From: Candidatus Zhuqueibacterota bacterium | GTDB taxonomy: Bacteria; Zhuqueibacterota; Zhuqueibacteria; Thermofontimicrobiales; Thermofontimicrobiaceae | NCBI GenBank assembly: GCA_049322915.1 | Contig: JBMOPW010000014.1 | Span: 408,983-472,982 of the forward strand | Reading direction: 5' to 3' | Length of the DNA: 64,000 bases | Part shown: in pieces, positions 39,608-49,974 of the stretch | Numbering within the stretch: position 1 is the first letter of the stretch | Layout: every line of letters begins with the position of its first letter | The notes under the pieces: generated by a model | The model's database searches: none | What the model saw: only the letters and a program-made list of their open reading frames with translations | What the model was told of the DNA's origin: nothing | Program-made: the position numbers and the translations under genes

Positions 39608-40759
39608 GTGCACACAGCTTCGACATTGAAAATAGTCCTCATCGGTCCATCCCCGAAGGCCCAGGGCGGGATGGCTTCATTGATGGCGGCTTTTCTGGCG
39701 TCCGATCTCGCACGACAAAATTCCGTTCGGCCGGTGTTTACCCGGCAGGAAGGATCGGCGTGGGTCAAGTTGAGGATGTTTTTCCGGGGCATGGCGCAAT
39801 TTTTATGGCTGAGCGCAGTCTGGCGACCGCATGTCTGCCACATTCATTTCTGCTCGCGGGTCAGTTTTTATCGCAAGTCAATTTTTGTGATCGCGGCGAA
39901 ACTGTTGGGACACAAGGTCGTGGTGCAGGGGCATGGCGGAGGATTCGACCCTTTCTACCGAAGCTCCAACCGGCTCTGCAAAATTTTCATTCGGAAGATG
40001 CTGGCCTGGCCGGATCGGGTGCTTGTCGGCTCGCAACACTCGAAAGAGGTGCTCTCGCGCATCAGCGGCCGAAGCGATGTGCGCGTGGTGAATAATTTCA
40101 TCGCGGATGAAAGGATCACCGGAGCCGGGCGCTGCGCCGAATTGAAATCCAATCTGCTCTTTCTGGGCCGTATTGAAAAATCGAAGGGGATTTACGAATT
40201 GATTGACGCCGCGGCTATTGTGAAGGAGAAAGCGCCGGGCGTCCGCTTTGTCCTTGCCGGAGCCGGCGAGATCGATCAGGCAAAGGAGCGCTGTCTGGAA
40301 AAACAGGTGTCCGACATGGTGGAATTCACCGGCTGGATTGAAGGGGATGAAAAGCTGGCGCTCTTTCAATCAGCGGCGTGTTTTGTTCTGCCCAGCCATC
40401 GCGAGCTGCAATCGATCGCTGTGATCGAGGCGCTGGCCGCCGGTCTGCCGATTGTGGCCTGCGATATTTCCGGCATTCGGGAGATGGTTGAAGACGGCGT
40501 CAACGGTTTTCTGATCCGACCAGGAAATGCCCGGCTGCTGGCGGGGAAAATCATCCTATTATTAGGGGACAGCACTTTGCGCCGGTGCATGAGTCGAAAT
40601 AATGTCCTGAAATTCAAGTCGCAGTTCCATTCAAAACTCGTCGTCAGCGATGTGAATCAGGTCTATCAGTCGGTTCTGAATCCAGCCGATACACCTCATG
40701 CCTCGCAGAGACGGCCCAGCGTCCGTTTGATTAAATTGCGCGCCAGGGGAATTTTGTAG
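39608..40759 (+). CDS. Glycosyltransferase family 4
   Basis: GGMAS, HGG, FLGRIEKSKG, LPSHRE....VIEALAAGLP. Confidence 0.9.
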   Translation: MHTASTLKIVLIGPSPKAQGGMASLMAAFLASDLARQNSVRPVFTRQEGSAWVKLRMFFRGMAQFLWLSAVWRPHVCHIHFCSRVSFYRKSIFVIAAKLLGHKVVVQGHGGGFDPFYRSSNRLCKIFIRKMLAWPDRVLVGSQHSKEVLSRISGRSDVRVVNNFIADERITGAGRCAELKSNLLFLGRIEKSKGIYELIDAAAIVKEKAPGVRFVLAGAGEIDQAKERCLEKQVSDMVEFTGWIEGDEKLALFQSAACFVLPSHRELQSIAVIEALAAGLPIVACDISGIREMVEDGVNGFLIRPGNARLLAGKIILLLGDSTLRRCMSRNNVLKFKSQFHSKLVVSDVNQVYQSVLNPADTPHASQRRPSVRLIKLRARGIL

Positions 40760-41676
40760 CCATTTTCCGCTAACGGCTCTGCATTGGTCAAGGCCAGTTG
40801 CGATGCCTGAGCGAGAGACTCGCTGTCCGTGGATAATCCGGCCAATTTTGAACTGACATTCTTTTCGAGCCAGGGGATCGGAGCGATGCCGCCAAGCGCA
40901 ACAGTCCCTGACGAGATGACCTGGCCGGTCCGCTGAATCATGGCCGCGACGCTCACCAGGGCGAAATCCCACGCTCCACGTTCCTTCATTTTGATGAAGC
41001 CGCTTTTCGCGCCGGCAGGCAGGTCAGGAATGGTGATCTGAGTGAGAATATCGCCGGGCGAAAGGATATTTTCCCGTTCGACATTGATCTCCGGCAGCAG
41101 GAAGAATTGTCCCACCGGCACGGTGCGGGTTTTTCGGCCGGAGAAGTAAGTCACCGAAGCGTTGAGCGCAGCCAGCGCGACTGCCGTATCAGAGGGGTGG
41201 ACAATGAAGCACGGCCCGCCGCCGATGACGCAGTGAAATTTATTGCGGCCATCCACGGCAAAGCAGGCGTCGCCGCCCCTGCGCAGACATTTGAACCCGC
41301 CGCGGTAATACCAGCAGCGGGGTCTCTGGCACAGATTGCCGGCGAGCGTGCCGATGTTGCGTAGCTGGGGAGACGCCACTTCGCTGGCTGCTTCGGCCAA
41401 TGCCGTATATTTTTCGCGGATCACCGGATGCCCAGCAATCGCCCGCAGCGATGCCAGCGCTCCGATGGTGAGGCCCCGGCCCGGTTCGTAGGTAATCGTC
41501 TCCAGCCCCGGCACGGATTTGAGATTCACCACGCGCTGTGGCGCTTCAATGCCATCTTTCATCAAACCGAGCAAGTCGGTCCCACCGGCCAGGAGCAGGC
41601 TGCTGCGCCAGTCTTCCCCGAGATTTTTATTGGCCTCTTTCAACGACCCGGGTTGAATGTATGTAAAATTTTTCAT
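40696..41676 (-). CDS. Xanthine dehydrogenase-family FAD subunit with 4Fe-4S insert (PaoB-like)
   Basis: AGGTDL, ASPQLRNIGTLAGN, CQRPRCWYYR..C..C..C insert, HPSD. Confidence 0.9.
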   Translation of the reverse strand: MKNFTYIQPGSLKEANKNLGEDWRSSLLLAGGTDLLGLMKDGIEAPQRVVNLKSVPGLETITYEPGRGLTIGALASLRAIAGHPVIREKYTALAEAASEVASPQLRNIGTLAGNLCQRPRCWYYRGGFKCLRRGGDACFAVDGRNKFHCVIGGGPCFIVHPSDTAVALAALNASVTYFSGRKTRTVPVGQFFLLPEINVERENILSPGDILTQITIPDLPAGAKSGFIKMKERGAWDFALVSVAAMIQRTGQVISSGTVALGGIAPIPWLEKNVSSKLAGLSTDSESLAQASQLALTNAEPLAENGYKIPLARNLIKRTLGRLCEA

Positions 41677-41737
41677 GTCGCCACTCCATAAATAACGATT
41701 CAAATCAATCAGAATTTTTAGTCAGGAAAGCGCGCCT

Positions 41738-44041
41738 TTAACTGTTGGAATACAGCGCGCGAAGCACCTTATCCGGCGTGATGGGCAGGCTCCTGATCCG
41801 CACGCCGATGGCGTTATAAACCGCGTTGGCTATGGCGCCCGGCGTGGGAATCATCGCCGGTTCGCCGCAGCCTTTGACGCCGGTGCTGCTCAGCAACGAA
41901 TCGCCCTTACTGACAATGATCACTTCAATTTCAGGAATGTCCTTGATGGTCGGGATTTTATAATCGTGCAAATTGTTGGTGAGCAATTTGCCGGTGGCGC
42001 CATCGATGAGGCGCTCTTCCATCAGCGCAAAGCCAATTCCCTGAATAACGCCGCCGTGGAATTGATTTTCCATGGTGGTCCGGTTGAGCACTCGGCCAAT
42101 ATCATGGGCAGCGACCACTTTGACCACGCGAATCCGGCCGGTTTCAGTGTCCACTTCCACATCGGCGAATTGCGCGCCGAACGTATTGGTTGTATATTTT
42201 TCCGGATTTGCCGCGCGCGCGCCAGTGGTGACCAGCACCTGTTCCCGCATTTGCCTGACAACGTCCGAGATTTTGAGTTTTTTCGAGTCATCGGATTTTA
42301 ACGAGATCACGCCGCTGGCGTAGACCAACTGTTCCGCCGGCGCACTCAGAATCGCCGCTGCACCGGAGATGAGTTTGGCTTTCATTTGTTCAGCGGCATC
42401 GCGCACTGCCGGCGAAACGGACGGCGCTGTCATGCTTCCGCCGCTGGAACTGGAATAGGGCGCTGCGCCTGTGTCGCCCAGTATGACGGATATTTTATCC
42501 ATGGGAATTTCCAGCACTTCAGAGGCCACCTGCGCCATGAACGTGTTGGTGCCGGTGCCGAGATCCTGGGTCCCGCAAATGACGCGAACACTGCCGTCCC
42601 GATTGAGCTTCACAGTCGCGTACGAAGGCGGCGCGCCGCCGCCCCACCAGATTTGCGTGGCCATGCCAATGCCCCGTCTCAGATGACCGACGCCCGCGCC
42701 GGCCGGCGTGTTCCGCCTATGCCAGCCGATGGCTGCTGCGCCACGCTCATACGCCTCGCGCAACTTTTTCGAAGTATACGGTGCGTTGGAAACCTGGTCG
42801 ATTTCAGTATAATTTTTCAATCGAAATTGCAATGGATCCATTCCGATTTTTTCAGCCAACTCGTCGATGATGGATTCAGTCGCAAACGTGCCCTGGACAT
42901 GGCCCGGCGCGCGAAACGGTCTGGCTGGCCCGGCATTGGTGTACACGGAGTATTCTTCGGACTTCACATTGGCGCAGGAATACAGCGTGCGAAATGGCCA
43001 ACTGCAACCGGCGCCGCTGGGATAAGCGCCAACCGTCCCATAGGAGTAATGGAACATGGCCGTCAACGCCCCGTCCCGCTTTGCGGCGACTTTCAATTTT
43101 TGAACCGAGTCCGGGCGGTTGCCCACAGCGAGATTCTGTTCCTTCCTGTTCAGGGCGATTCTCACCGGCCGACCGATCTGGCGCGCTAACAGTGCAGCCA
43201 TCACTGTGTATTTCCCGGCAGCGAGCTTGCTGCCAAATCCACCGCCCATGTATTTTTTGATGACGCGCACGCTGCTGCCCGGAATGCCGAGCGATTCAGC
43301 GACGGTATCGCGAACGGTGAAAATACCCTGGGTGGAATCCCACACGGTCAACTGGTCGCCGTCCCAATTGGCCACGCTGTTGTGCACTTCAGTGGGATTA
43401 TGAACTTCCACCTGGGTGGTGAACGTATATTCCACGGTGACGTCCGCTTCGGCAAAACCTTTGGCTAAATCCCCGCGTTCGTAGACATTGGGTTTGCCCT
43501 CCTGAATGTTGTTGTCTTTGTACAGTAGCGGCGCATTGCTTTTCATGGCCTCCCCGGCGTCGATGACAAAGGGCAGGGCCTCGTAACTCACATCGATTCG
43601 TTCGATGGCTTCGTCGGCAATGGCTTCGGTTTCAGCAACCAGGCAGGCGACTTCATCGCCTTCGTAGCGCAGATGCGGGTCGAATAACTGGCTGATCCGA
43701 TAGTACCAGGGTATTTTGGGGCAATTTTCATGGGTTAAAACAGCTAGCACGCCGGGCGTGTTCAAGGCCCGGGTGACATCGATTTTCAGAATTCTGGCAT
43801 GGGGCAGAGGACAGCGCAGCGTTCGCGCGTGAGCCATTCGGGGCAGTTTAATATCCACTGTGTATTGGGCGGTCCCGCTGACTTTATCGTACCCGTCAAT
43901 TCGGGGCATGGGTTGGCCGACGACTTTCAAGTCCGCGTCGGGACCCCATGGCTTCAATTTTTCGGTGGGAACCTCGGCCAGGGTTTCGGCCGGTCCCTCT
44001 TCAAAAAAGTAAGTACTTTTAATTATCTTTCGTTCAGGCAT
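41738..44041 (-). CDS. Xanthine dehydrogenase-family molybdopterin-binding subunit (PaoC-like)
   Basis: RIDGYDKVSG, GGGFGSK, FRAPG, DLGTG, GGS, KGCGE. Confidence 0.93.
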   Translation of the reverse strand: MPERKIIKSTYFFEEGPAETLAEVPTEKLKPWGPDADLKVVGQPMPRIDGYDKVSGTAQYTVDIKLPRMAHARTLRCPLPHARILKIDVTRALNTPGVLAVLTHENCPKIPWYYRISQLFDPHLRYEGDEVACLVAETEAIADEAIERIDVSYEALPFVIDAGEAMKSNAPLLYKDNNIQEGKPNVYERGDLAKGFAEADVTVEYTFTTQVEVHNPTEVHNSVANWDGDQLTVWDSTQGIFTVRDTVAESLGIPGSSVRVIKKYMGGGFGSKLAAGKYTVMAALLARQIGRPVRIALNRKEQNLAVGNRPDSVQKLKVAAKRDGALTAMFHYSYGTVGAYPSGAGCSWPFRTLYSCANVKSEEYSVYTNAGPARPFRAPGHVQGTFATESIIDELAEKIGMDPLQFRLKNYTEIDQVSNAPYTSKKLREAYERGAAAIGWHRRNTPAGAGVGHLRRGIGMATQIWWGGGAPPSYATVKLNRDGSVRVICGTQDLGTGTNTFMAQVASEVLEIPMDKISVILGDTGAAPYSSSSGGSMTAPSVSPAVRDAAEQMKAKLISGAAAILSAPAEQLVYASGVISLKSDDSKKLKISDVVRQMREQVLVTTGARAANPEKYTTNTFGAQFADVEVDTETGRIRVVKVVAAHDIGRVLNRTTMENQFHGGVIQGIGFALMEERLIDGATGKLLTNNLHDYKIPTIKDIPEIEVIIVSKGDSLLSSTGVKGCGEPAMIPTPGAIANAVYNAIGVRIRSLPITPDKVLRALYSNS

Positions 44042-44235
44042 AACACCTCCGGAAAAAGATTTTTCTCAATGACGAAACACGGCCATCGAAGCGGTTTGCA
44101 TAATTCCATTCGGATCATCACGGGGCGCGCGCATTGGATAGACATGAAAAAGTATTGCATTCGCATCGTCAATTTTTTAAGTAATCCCACGCAGCGAAAA
44201 TTCTCAGCGGGACGGATCATTGACCAAAGTATGTC

Positions 44236-44850
44236 CTACTTGAATTTTGCGGCGGCTGCGGCCAAAACCGAATCGACAATCTTGGGGTAGGCAGCACATC
44301 GGCACAAATTCCCGCCCATCCCGTCCTGAACCTGTTCCCGCGACGGAGTGGGATTATTCATAAGGAGCGCGTGAGCCGCCATAATCTGTCCCGGCGTACA
44401 AAAACCGCATTGCAGCCCATCTTTGTCGATAAACGCTTGCTGAATGGGATGCAGCGTTTCGCCGTTCATCAGCCCTTCGATGGTGGTCACCTCTTTTCCT
44501 GCCGCGTCCAGGGCCAACAAATGACAGGAATAGACTGCGCTGCCATTCAACAATACGGTGCAACTGCCGCATTCACCCTGGTTGCAGGCAATTTTGGTTC
44601 CGGTCAATTGCAGCGAATCGCGGAGCACCTCGGCCAGCGTCGTCCGGGGCTCAACCATCAATTTCACGGCGCGGCCATTGACCTTGAAGGCAAGCAATTG
44701 TTTCCCATCGTGAGCGGCCTCGGCGGTCGCCAATTGTTCGGAAATAGCCGGCAGCGAATGCACCAACACCGTGGATCCCACGACCCCGCTGCCGATGCCC
44801 TTCATAAATTTCCGCCGGGAAATGCCATCGGATTTGATTCTGTCTTTCAT
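44236..44850 (-). CDS. 2Fe-2S subunit with Tat signal (PaoA-like)
   Basis: SRRKFMKG signal; CNQGECGSC, QCGFCTPG, CRC. Confidence 0.92.
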   Translation of the reverse strand: MKDRIKSDGISRRKFMKGIGSGVVGSTVLVHSLPAISEQLATAEAAHDGKQLLAFKVNGRAVKLMVEPRTTLAEVLRDSLQLTGTKIACNQGECGSCTVLLNGSAVYSCHLLALDAAGKEVTTIEGLMNGETLHPIQQAFIDKDGLQCGFCTPGQIMAAHALLMNNPTPSREQVQDGMGGNLCRCAAYPKIVDSVLAAAAAKFK

Positions 44851-45062
44851 AACAAAGTCCTTTGTAAGGTGGATTGAATGGTTACAGTGCGGTTTCTGAA
44901 CCGAATGACTCCAGTGGTCGATTGAGTCGATTGAAACAAATAAAACGGACTGTTCAGATTTCAATTAAATAAAATTTGGGATAATGTCAAGTAAAAAATT
45001 GAAAGGTCCAGGGTGACTGACGACAGTCCGGCCGTGACAGCGCTTGCCCTCGGTTGGAGTCA

Positions 45063-45992
45063 TCAGCGACTGTTGGCTCTGTAATAGTCCTCGCAGACAG
45101 TGCACCGGTGGCAGGCTTTATGGCACATCAGCGTTTGCTTGAAGAATTCCTCTCCAATCTCAATAGGCGTTCGCGGCGATGCCGGCCCGGCGCCTATCCG
45201 ATGGGGAGAACGCCTGGAGCGAAAGATATAGGCGTCCAGCACCTCCCTGTAATAGGACGGATTTTGCAGCGTCACCCGTCCGGCCAATTTGAGGGTATCG
45301 AAAAGACCGTTGTAGAGATGAAGATGCTGCGGAAGAATCCAACTGCCGGTCAACCGCAGCCAGGGCTTTTGGCTCAGCATGTCCAGGCACAGCGATTGCG
45401 GGTAGGGGAGTTTTGATCCCATTTCATAGAAATGCTGCGTTCGAAAAACACAGTTGGGCAGGCAGCCCTCATTGACAATGAGTCGTATTCCCCCGGAAAA
45501 GGACTCGCGAAGCAAGGTCAGGGCTGGCAAATTTCGGACGATGCGCGACGAGGCCACCAGTGTATCGAAAATACCATTGATCATAGCCAATTGATTGGGA
45601 GAAAAAATGTCCATCAGCACCGAGGCAGTGAGCCGCAGGCGCGGAATGCTTTCCCTGATATTTTTAGCGAGCGTCACATTGGATAGCGTCACGGATTGGA
45701 TTCGATAGGAATTGCATAGGTTTTTCAGCGTCTCAATGATGGCCGGGGTCATTTCTTCTACCGGACGCGGGAAGACGACGGGATTAATCAGCACCGACAG
45801 CCGGAAAGGAGAGGCTTCCAAAAATTCCTGCAACTGGTGCGTCGGTTGCATCGGTCGACCGGAAGGAACATTTTCCATCAGGATGGGAAAATAGACTTCA
45901 TGAATATAGCGGTCGTAGTGCTCGGCGAGATTTTTCCAGAACGAAAGAGGCTGATCGATGTAAGGGATGACCCAGATTGTTTCGCGTTTCAT
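45063..45992 (-). CDS. U32-peptidase-like (Fe-S) protein
   Basis: LIVNEGCLPNCVFRTQH, WILPQ, LKLAGR, C-terminal CxxxCxxCxxC; start set to ATG 45992 (ATGA overlap). Confidence 0.65.
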   Translation of the reverse strand: MKRETIWVIPYIDQPLSFWKNLAEHYDRYIHEVYFPILMENVPSGRPMQPTHQLQEFLEASPFRLSVLINPVVFPRPVEEMTPAIIETLKNLCNSYRIQSVTLSNVTLAKNIRESIPRLRLTASVLMDIFSPNQLAMINGIFDTLVASSRIVRNLPALTLLRESFSGGIRLIVNEGCLPNCVFRTQHFYEMGSKLPYPQSLCLDMLSQKPWLRLTGSWILPQHLHLYNGLFDTLKLAGRVTLQNPSYYREVLDAYIFRSRRSPHRIGAGPASPRTPIEIGEEFFKQTLMCHKACHRCTVCEDYYRANSR

Positions 45993-46972
45993 GACCATGG
46001 AGATTCCGCAATTGTTATTCTTTGTGACGAAGAAAAACGCATGAGTTTCTGAGCAGTACATCCTCCTGTGCAAGCGCCTGTGCGCTTGTAATCGCATAGA
46101 GCGCACCATTTGAAAATACCAACCGCCTGGAATTTTGAAAGCGTTTTTTGAAAGTGAGCGCGAACTGCGTCGGCTGTGAGGGTTGCCGTCAGCGGCAGAT
46201 TGATGAGACGGCCAAGTGGGTAGCAGGCCACGATGCTCCCATCCGGGAGAATGTCCGGGATCGGTTCGCAATGAGTCCCGGGCTTGGGGTCCAGTCCCAA
46301 CTCGCTCAGATGCTCGCCGTTGAACATGCACGGAACAAAGCCGCAGTCCAGGTTTATTTTTACGGACTCAGAGCGCGCGACTCTGGCGAAGTCAGCGATT
46401 CGCTGGCCAATGAGGCTGTAATGCTTGGGCAGCAAACAAGTGTTTTTATAATCAATGCAGGGATGAGCCAGACCCAGTCGTACCTGTTTTTTCAAATTGA
46501 AATCCCGAATGAGATTCAGAAGAAAATTCAGCCGGGCGCTTTTGTGATAAATATTCAACCCCGGCATGACGTTCCGATTCAAGGCTGATAGCGTTTTCTC
46601 CAATCCGGACTTCGCTTCGGGCAATTCATCGGTCCAGTGAGTGATGTTGAGAATAACGGTAATGATATCCTCGGGCAGGGCGCTGAGATATTCTAGCACG
46701 GCTTCGGGCATGAGTCCATTGGAGAAGAGCCGAATCGGCCGGCCGGTTTGTTGCGCCATTTCCAGAAAATGAATAATCTGCGGATGCAATGTGGGCTCTC
46801 CGCCCAGAATGCGAACCTGTCCAATGTTGGACCGCATCACAAAATCCAGAGCAGATTGAAAAATGTTCAGCGGCATGTGGCCATGATTCCTGGCACCGGT
46901 TTTATATTCTCCCTGGGTGAAACAGTAGCGGCAATGGAGATTGCATTCCGATGTAATTGCAATATTAGCCAT
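45989..46972 (-). CDS. Radical SAM protein with C-terminal SPASM-like Cys cluster
   Basis: CNLHCRYC, GGEPTLHP, DCGFVPC, CEP..DILPDG....C, CALC......CTGGC. Confidence 0.9.
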   Translation of the reverse strand: MANIAITSECNLHCRYCFTQGEYKTGARNHGHMPLNIFQSALDFVMRSNIGQVRILGGEPTLHPQIIHFLEMAQQTGRPIRLFSNGLMPEAVLEYLSALPEDIITVILNITHWTDELPEAKSGLEKTLSALNRNVMPGLNIYHKSARLNFLLNLIRDFNLKKQVRLGLAHPCIDYKNTCLLPKHYSLIGQRIADFARVARSESVKINLDCGFVPCMFNGEHLSELGLDPKPGTHCEPIPDILPDGSIVACYPLGRLINLPLTATLTADAVRAHFQKTLSKFQAVGIFKWCALCDYKRTGACTGGCTAQKLMRFSSSQRITIAESPWS

Positions 46973-47237
46973 GTTGTTGCGTCGGAATAAGGATATCGTT
47001 TTTCACCAGAACATCGATGGTGTCGTGGATTATTCTACGAGCGTGAGATTCAGTCACGAGCGCGATCTTCGCCATCATGCGAACCAGGGCAGCTTCCGGC
47101 ACCTGCTTCAATATCAAATCGAAGACGGCGGCCATGGGATAATCCAGGGCCAGTTGACATTCGTTCACCCTTTCGATGAACTGAATGTGCCTGAGATCGA
47201 CACAATAGAAATAATTGGGATTCAGCCGATAGGTCAT
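46965..47237 (-). CDS. PqqD/RRE-like small protein
   Basis: 90 aa, three beta strands then three helices ending IHDTIDVLVKNDIL; lies between radical SAM genes. Confidence 0.6.
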   Translation of the reverse strand: MTYRLNPNYFYCVDLRHIQFIERVNECQLALDYPMAAVFDLILKQVPEAALVRMMAKIALVTESHARRIIHDTIDVLVKNDILIPTQQHG

Positions 47238-48610
47238 TTTTCTTCCTTAAAATGAAAAAGGGTGTCTGATGCGTGCAGCGACAAGGCTTGCAAGCTGGGC
47301 GGATCGGCTAACAGTTCATCGACGCGACCTCTCAGCCCCAGATTTTCCAATAGGCAGCAGACGGTGATGATTCGGGTATGAGTGCAAAAGTCGATATATT
47401 TCGCTGATGAGCCGGGATAGGTGCAATTGACATGACAATTGCCAGCGCAGCTAAATCGGCAGAAACAATTTGCACAACGCGGCTTATTGTAAACCAGATT
47501 TCGGAGGTGTTTCATTTTTTCGAAATCGATTTCCACGTGACCCTGGGGTGACACATGGCCCACGCTCAGGTCGAGATTTTTACTTGCCCAGTCGCTTGCA
47601 TGCAAATAGCAACTGGCTACCGTTCCATCCGGGTGAACGATGAGCACGTCCCGGCCAACAGGGCAGGATGTGGTCTGTACCGTGTCCAATGAAACAGGCG
47701 CATACACCGGTTCGATCATGTGATCCCGTAGAATTCGCCAGCTTCGAATGCAGGCTCCGGCAAACTCGTACGGATCCGGCGGGAATAAGCCCGCAGCGGC
47801 GGATCGGGAGTTCGGTGTGAGCGTTTCGAAATTGACTTTGTCCGGCTGAAATTCCGTGCAGAACCACTGCGCCATGGCCTCCATCTCGTTCACAGAGTCC
47901 GACGTTATGCAACATCGTATGGCGAGGTCGACACTGCTGTCGGATAAATACCTGATGGTCTCAGCCACTTGGTCGTAGCTGCCCTGATGGGAGTTCATGG
48001 GGCGCATCCTGTCGTGATATTTCTGAAAACCATCGAACGAGACCACCACCCGGTCGAAATAATCTCTGACGAACCGGCGCTGCCTTTCTGAGAAGCAGCC
48101 ATTGGTTAGCACTTCAAAGTGGGGGATGAGCCCAATTTTTGACGCCACGAACCGTGTATGGTGTACAGCAATGTCGATGATTTCAGGCTCTGCAAACGGT
48201 TCGCCGCCGAAAAACTGAATGGATAACACTCTTCTGTTGCTATTCCAGGTTAGCTCTGCGTAATAATCGATTGCCGCGATCATTCTGTCCGGGTCGATGG
48301 TTTGCTCTCTACCGTAATCCTCCCCAAAATCACAGTAAATGCAGGACATATTGCAGCGCCGGCTGGGGATGATACCCAGGAATTGAGGATCCAGCCCACC
48401 GGTCCGATCTGGATTACGAGTCGCCGGCGTCCGTAGCTGTTCAATCAACGAAGTCAATTCGCCATGAGCAGGTGAGTCCTTGCCGTTCTGCAATCCTCGT
48501 TTCAAGAGGTCAACGGCGCTTTCATTGAGCAAAGCAGTGATGCCGTGCAGTGGCGCAAACAGCAGGAATGAATCCAGCGCCGGCACGACAAAAATCGAAT
48601 TGCCACGCAT
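47234..48610 (-). CDS. Radical SAM/SPASM maturase
   Basis: CNMSCIYC, FFGGEP, SFDG, CPVG, CANCFCRFSCAGNC; likely start ATG 48610 (ORF track 48661). Confidence 0.92.
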   Translation of the reverse strand: MRGNSIFVVPALDSFLLFAPLHGITALLNESAVDLLKRGLQNGKDSPAHGELTSLIEQLRTPATRNPDRTGGLDPQFLGIIPSRRCNMSCIYCDFGEDYGREQTIDPDRMIAAIDYYAELTWNSNRRVLSIQFFGGEPFAEPEIIDIAVHHTRFVASKIGLIPHFEVLTNGCFSERQRRFVRDYFDRVVVSFDGFQKYHDRMRPMNSHQGSYDQVAETIRYLSDSSVDLAIRCCITSDSVNEMEAMAQWFCTEFQPDKVNFETLTPNSRSAAAGLFPPDPYEFAGACIRSWRILRDHMIEPVYAPVSLDTVQTTSCPVGRDVLIVHPDGTVASCYLHASDWASKNLDLSVGHVSPQGHVEIDFEKMKHLRNLVYNKPRCANCFCRFSCAGNCHVNCTYPGSSAKYIDFCTHTRIITVCCLLENLGLRGRVDELLADPPSLQALSLHASDTLFHFKEEK

Positions 48611-48611
48611 G

Positions 48612-49961
48612 TCAACGGATGATTTTTTCACCATGCCACACGCTGCCTGATTTTTCGACATAGTACAATAGCAATTCCCTTGTGAGTTCCCGATTCAATT
48701 GACATCTGGGACTATATCCATTGCGCCCGGAATCGCCATCATGAAACGCCTTGGGCGGACAATCTCCGGCGCAGTGATAATAACAGAAACATCCTTTGGC
48801 CTTGCATTGGGCCTTGCGCGCTTCAATTTTATCCGCTAACTTTTTCTGTTTCGCTTCGTTGATGTGCAGCGCGCCGTTCTCATCCAGCCTGCCGTAGAAA
48901 AACAGGTCGCTGAGAGCATGCTCCCTGTCATAGACCTCGTAACATGCGGTGAGCTCGCTGTCATGATTCACAATGAGCGCAACGTCCCGAGCCAGACAGA
49001 ATTGATCGGTGACAATCCAGGGTCGTGCGCCGGAATAATACAGATGGCGCTCATGAGAATTGGCAATCTCCAGAGCCTTGGTGAAGACGCTGGCAAAGGC
49101 CCGATAGTTTTTCAAATAGTTATTTTTCAAGTGAGCGCGGCCGTGACTGAATACCGGCTCCACTTGAAAGACATTGCAGCGGGACTCTCGGCACAAGAAA
49201 TCGATACTCGCCGGAAGGGATTCGATGGAATCGTCCATGACGCTCAGGCGAATGCCGTAAGGAATATTCCGCTCATCGATTGCGTTCATCGTCTCAAAAA
49301 CGCGGTCGAAGCTGGGCTTTCCGGCAGCAGCCGGTCGCTGCCGATTTTGGATTTCCGGCAGACCGTCGCAGGACAGTGAAACTTCGGAGATGCCCAAATC
49401 CAGAATTTGCTCTGCTTCGGTCTTCTTCAAATAGCCGTTGGTGGTGAGTGAAATTTTGCAGGGCAGCGCTTTTCCCCCGGCATAGCGAATCAGTTCGAAC
49501 AACTGCTTTTTAACAACCGTGGGCTCGCCGCCGCCGTGAATGCTCAGCGTAAAGCTATCTTTCCTCTGCTCCGTGGCATTTCGGCACGCAATGTCAATGG
49601 CTTTTTTCCCCGTCTCCACTGGCATCACTTTGCCTGTGCGATTCCCTGACGAGGCGTAACAATAAACGCACTGCAAATTGCAGGCAGTCGTCAGCAGCAG
49701 CACGCAGGTGGTTGGCCTTTCAGCCAGCGTTTTGTGGACTCCACGGAGCGTTCGTCTGTTGGGTGAAAAATAACCGATCTGTTCAAGGATAGTGATTGCC
49801 TCTGGTTGGACTCCCCGACGCTCATGAGTTCCGTGCACGTCAGTGAGAACTTCTTTCATGGCTTGATTGGCAATGAACGCTAAGGGCTTGAACGGAAGAT
49901 AGACAAGATACTTATCCTCGACCGGGATGAAAAAGATCGGATTGTCGTTTCTATCGACCAA
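48612..49961 (-). CDS. Radical SAM/SPASM maturase
   Basis: CNLQCVYC, HGGGEP, TTNG, SCDG, C...CFCYYHCAGDCP...C; likely TTG start at 49961 with GGAG RBS just after the WD40 stop. Confidence 0.9.
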   Translation of the reverse strand: MVDRNDNPIFFIPVEDKYLVYLPFKPLAFIANQAMKEVLTDVHGTHERRGVQPEAITILEQIGYFSPNRRTLRGVHKTLAERPTTCVLLLTTACNLQCVYCYASSGNRTGKVMPVETGKKAIDIACRNATEQRKDSFTLSIHGGGEPTVVKKQLFELIRYAGGKALPCKISLTTNGYLKKTEAEQILDLGISEVSLSCDGLPEIQNRQRPAAAGKPSFDRVFETMNAIDERNIPYGIRLSVMDDSIESLPASIDFLCRESRCNVFQVEPVFSHGRAHLKNNYLKNYRAFASVFTKALEIANSHERHLYYSGARPWIVTDQFCLARDVALIVNHDSELTACYEVYDREHALSDLFFYGRLDENGALHINEAKQKKLADKIEARKAQCKAKGCFCYYHCAGDCPPKAFHDGDSGRNGYSPRCQLNRELTRELLLYYVEKSGSVWHGEKIIR

Positions 49962-49974
49962 TGGGCTATCTCCA

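Noticed and set aside
45993..46331. N-terminal 113 aa of the 422-aa ORF
   Set aside because: Overlaps the upstream radical SAM gene in another frame; an ATGA-coupled start at 45992 fits better.
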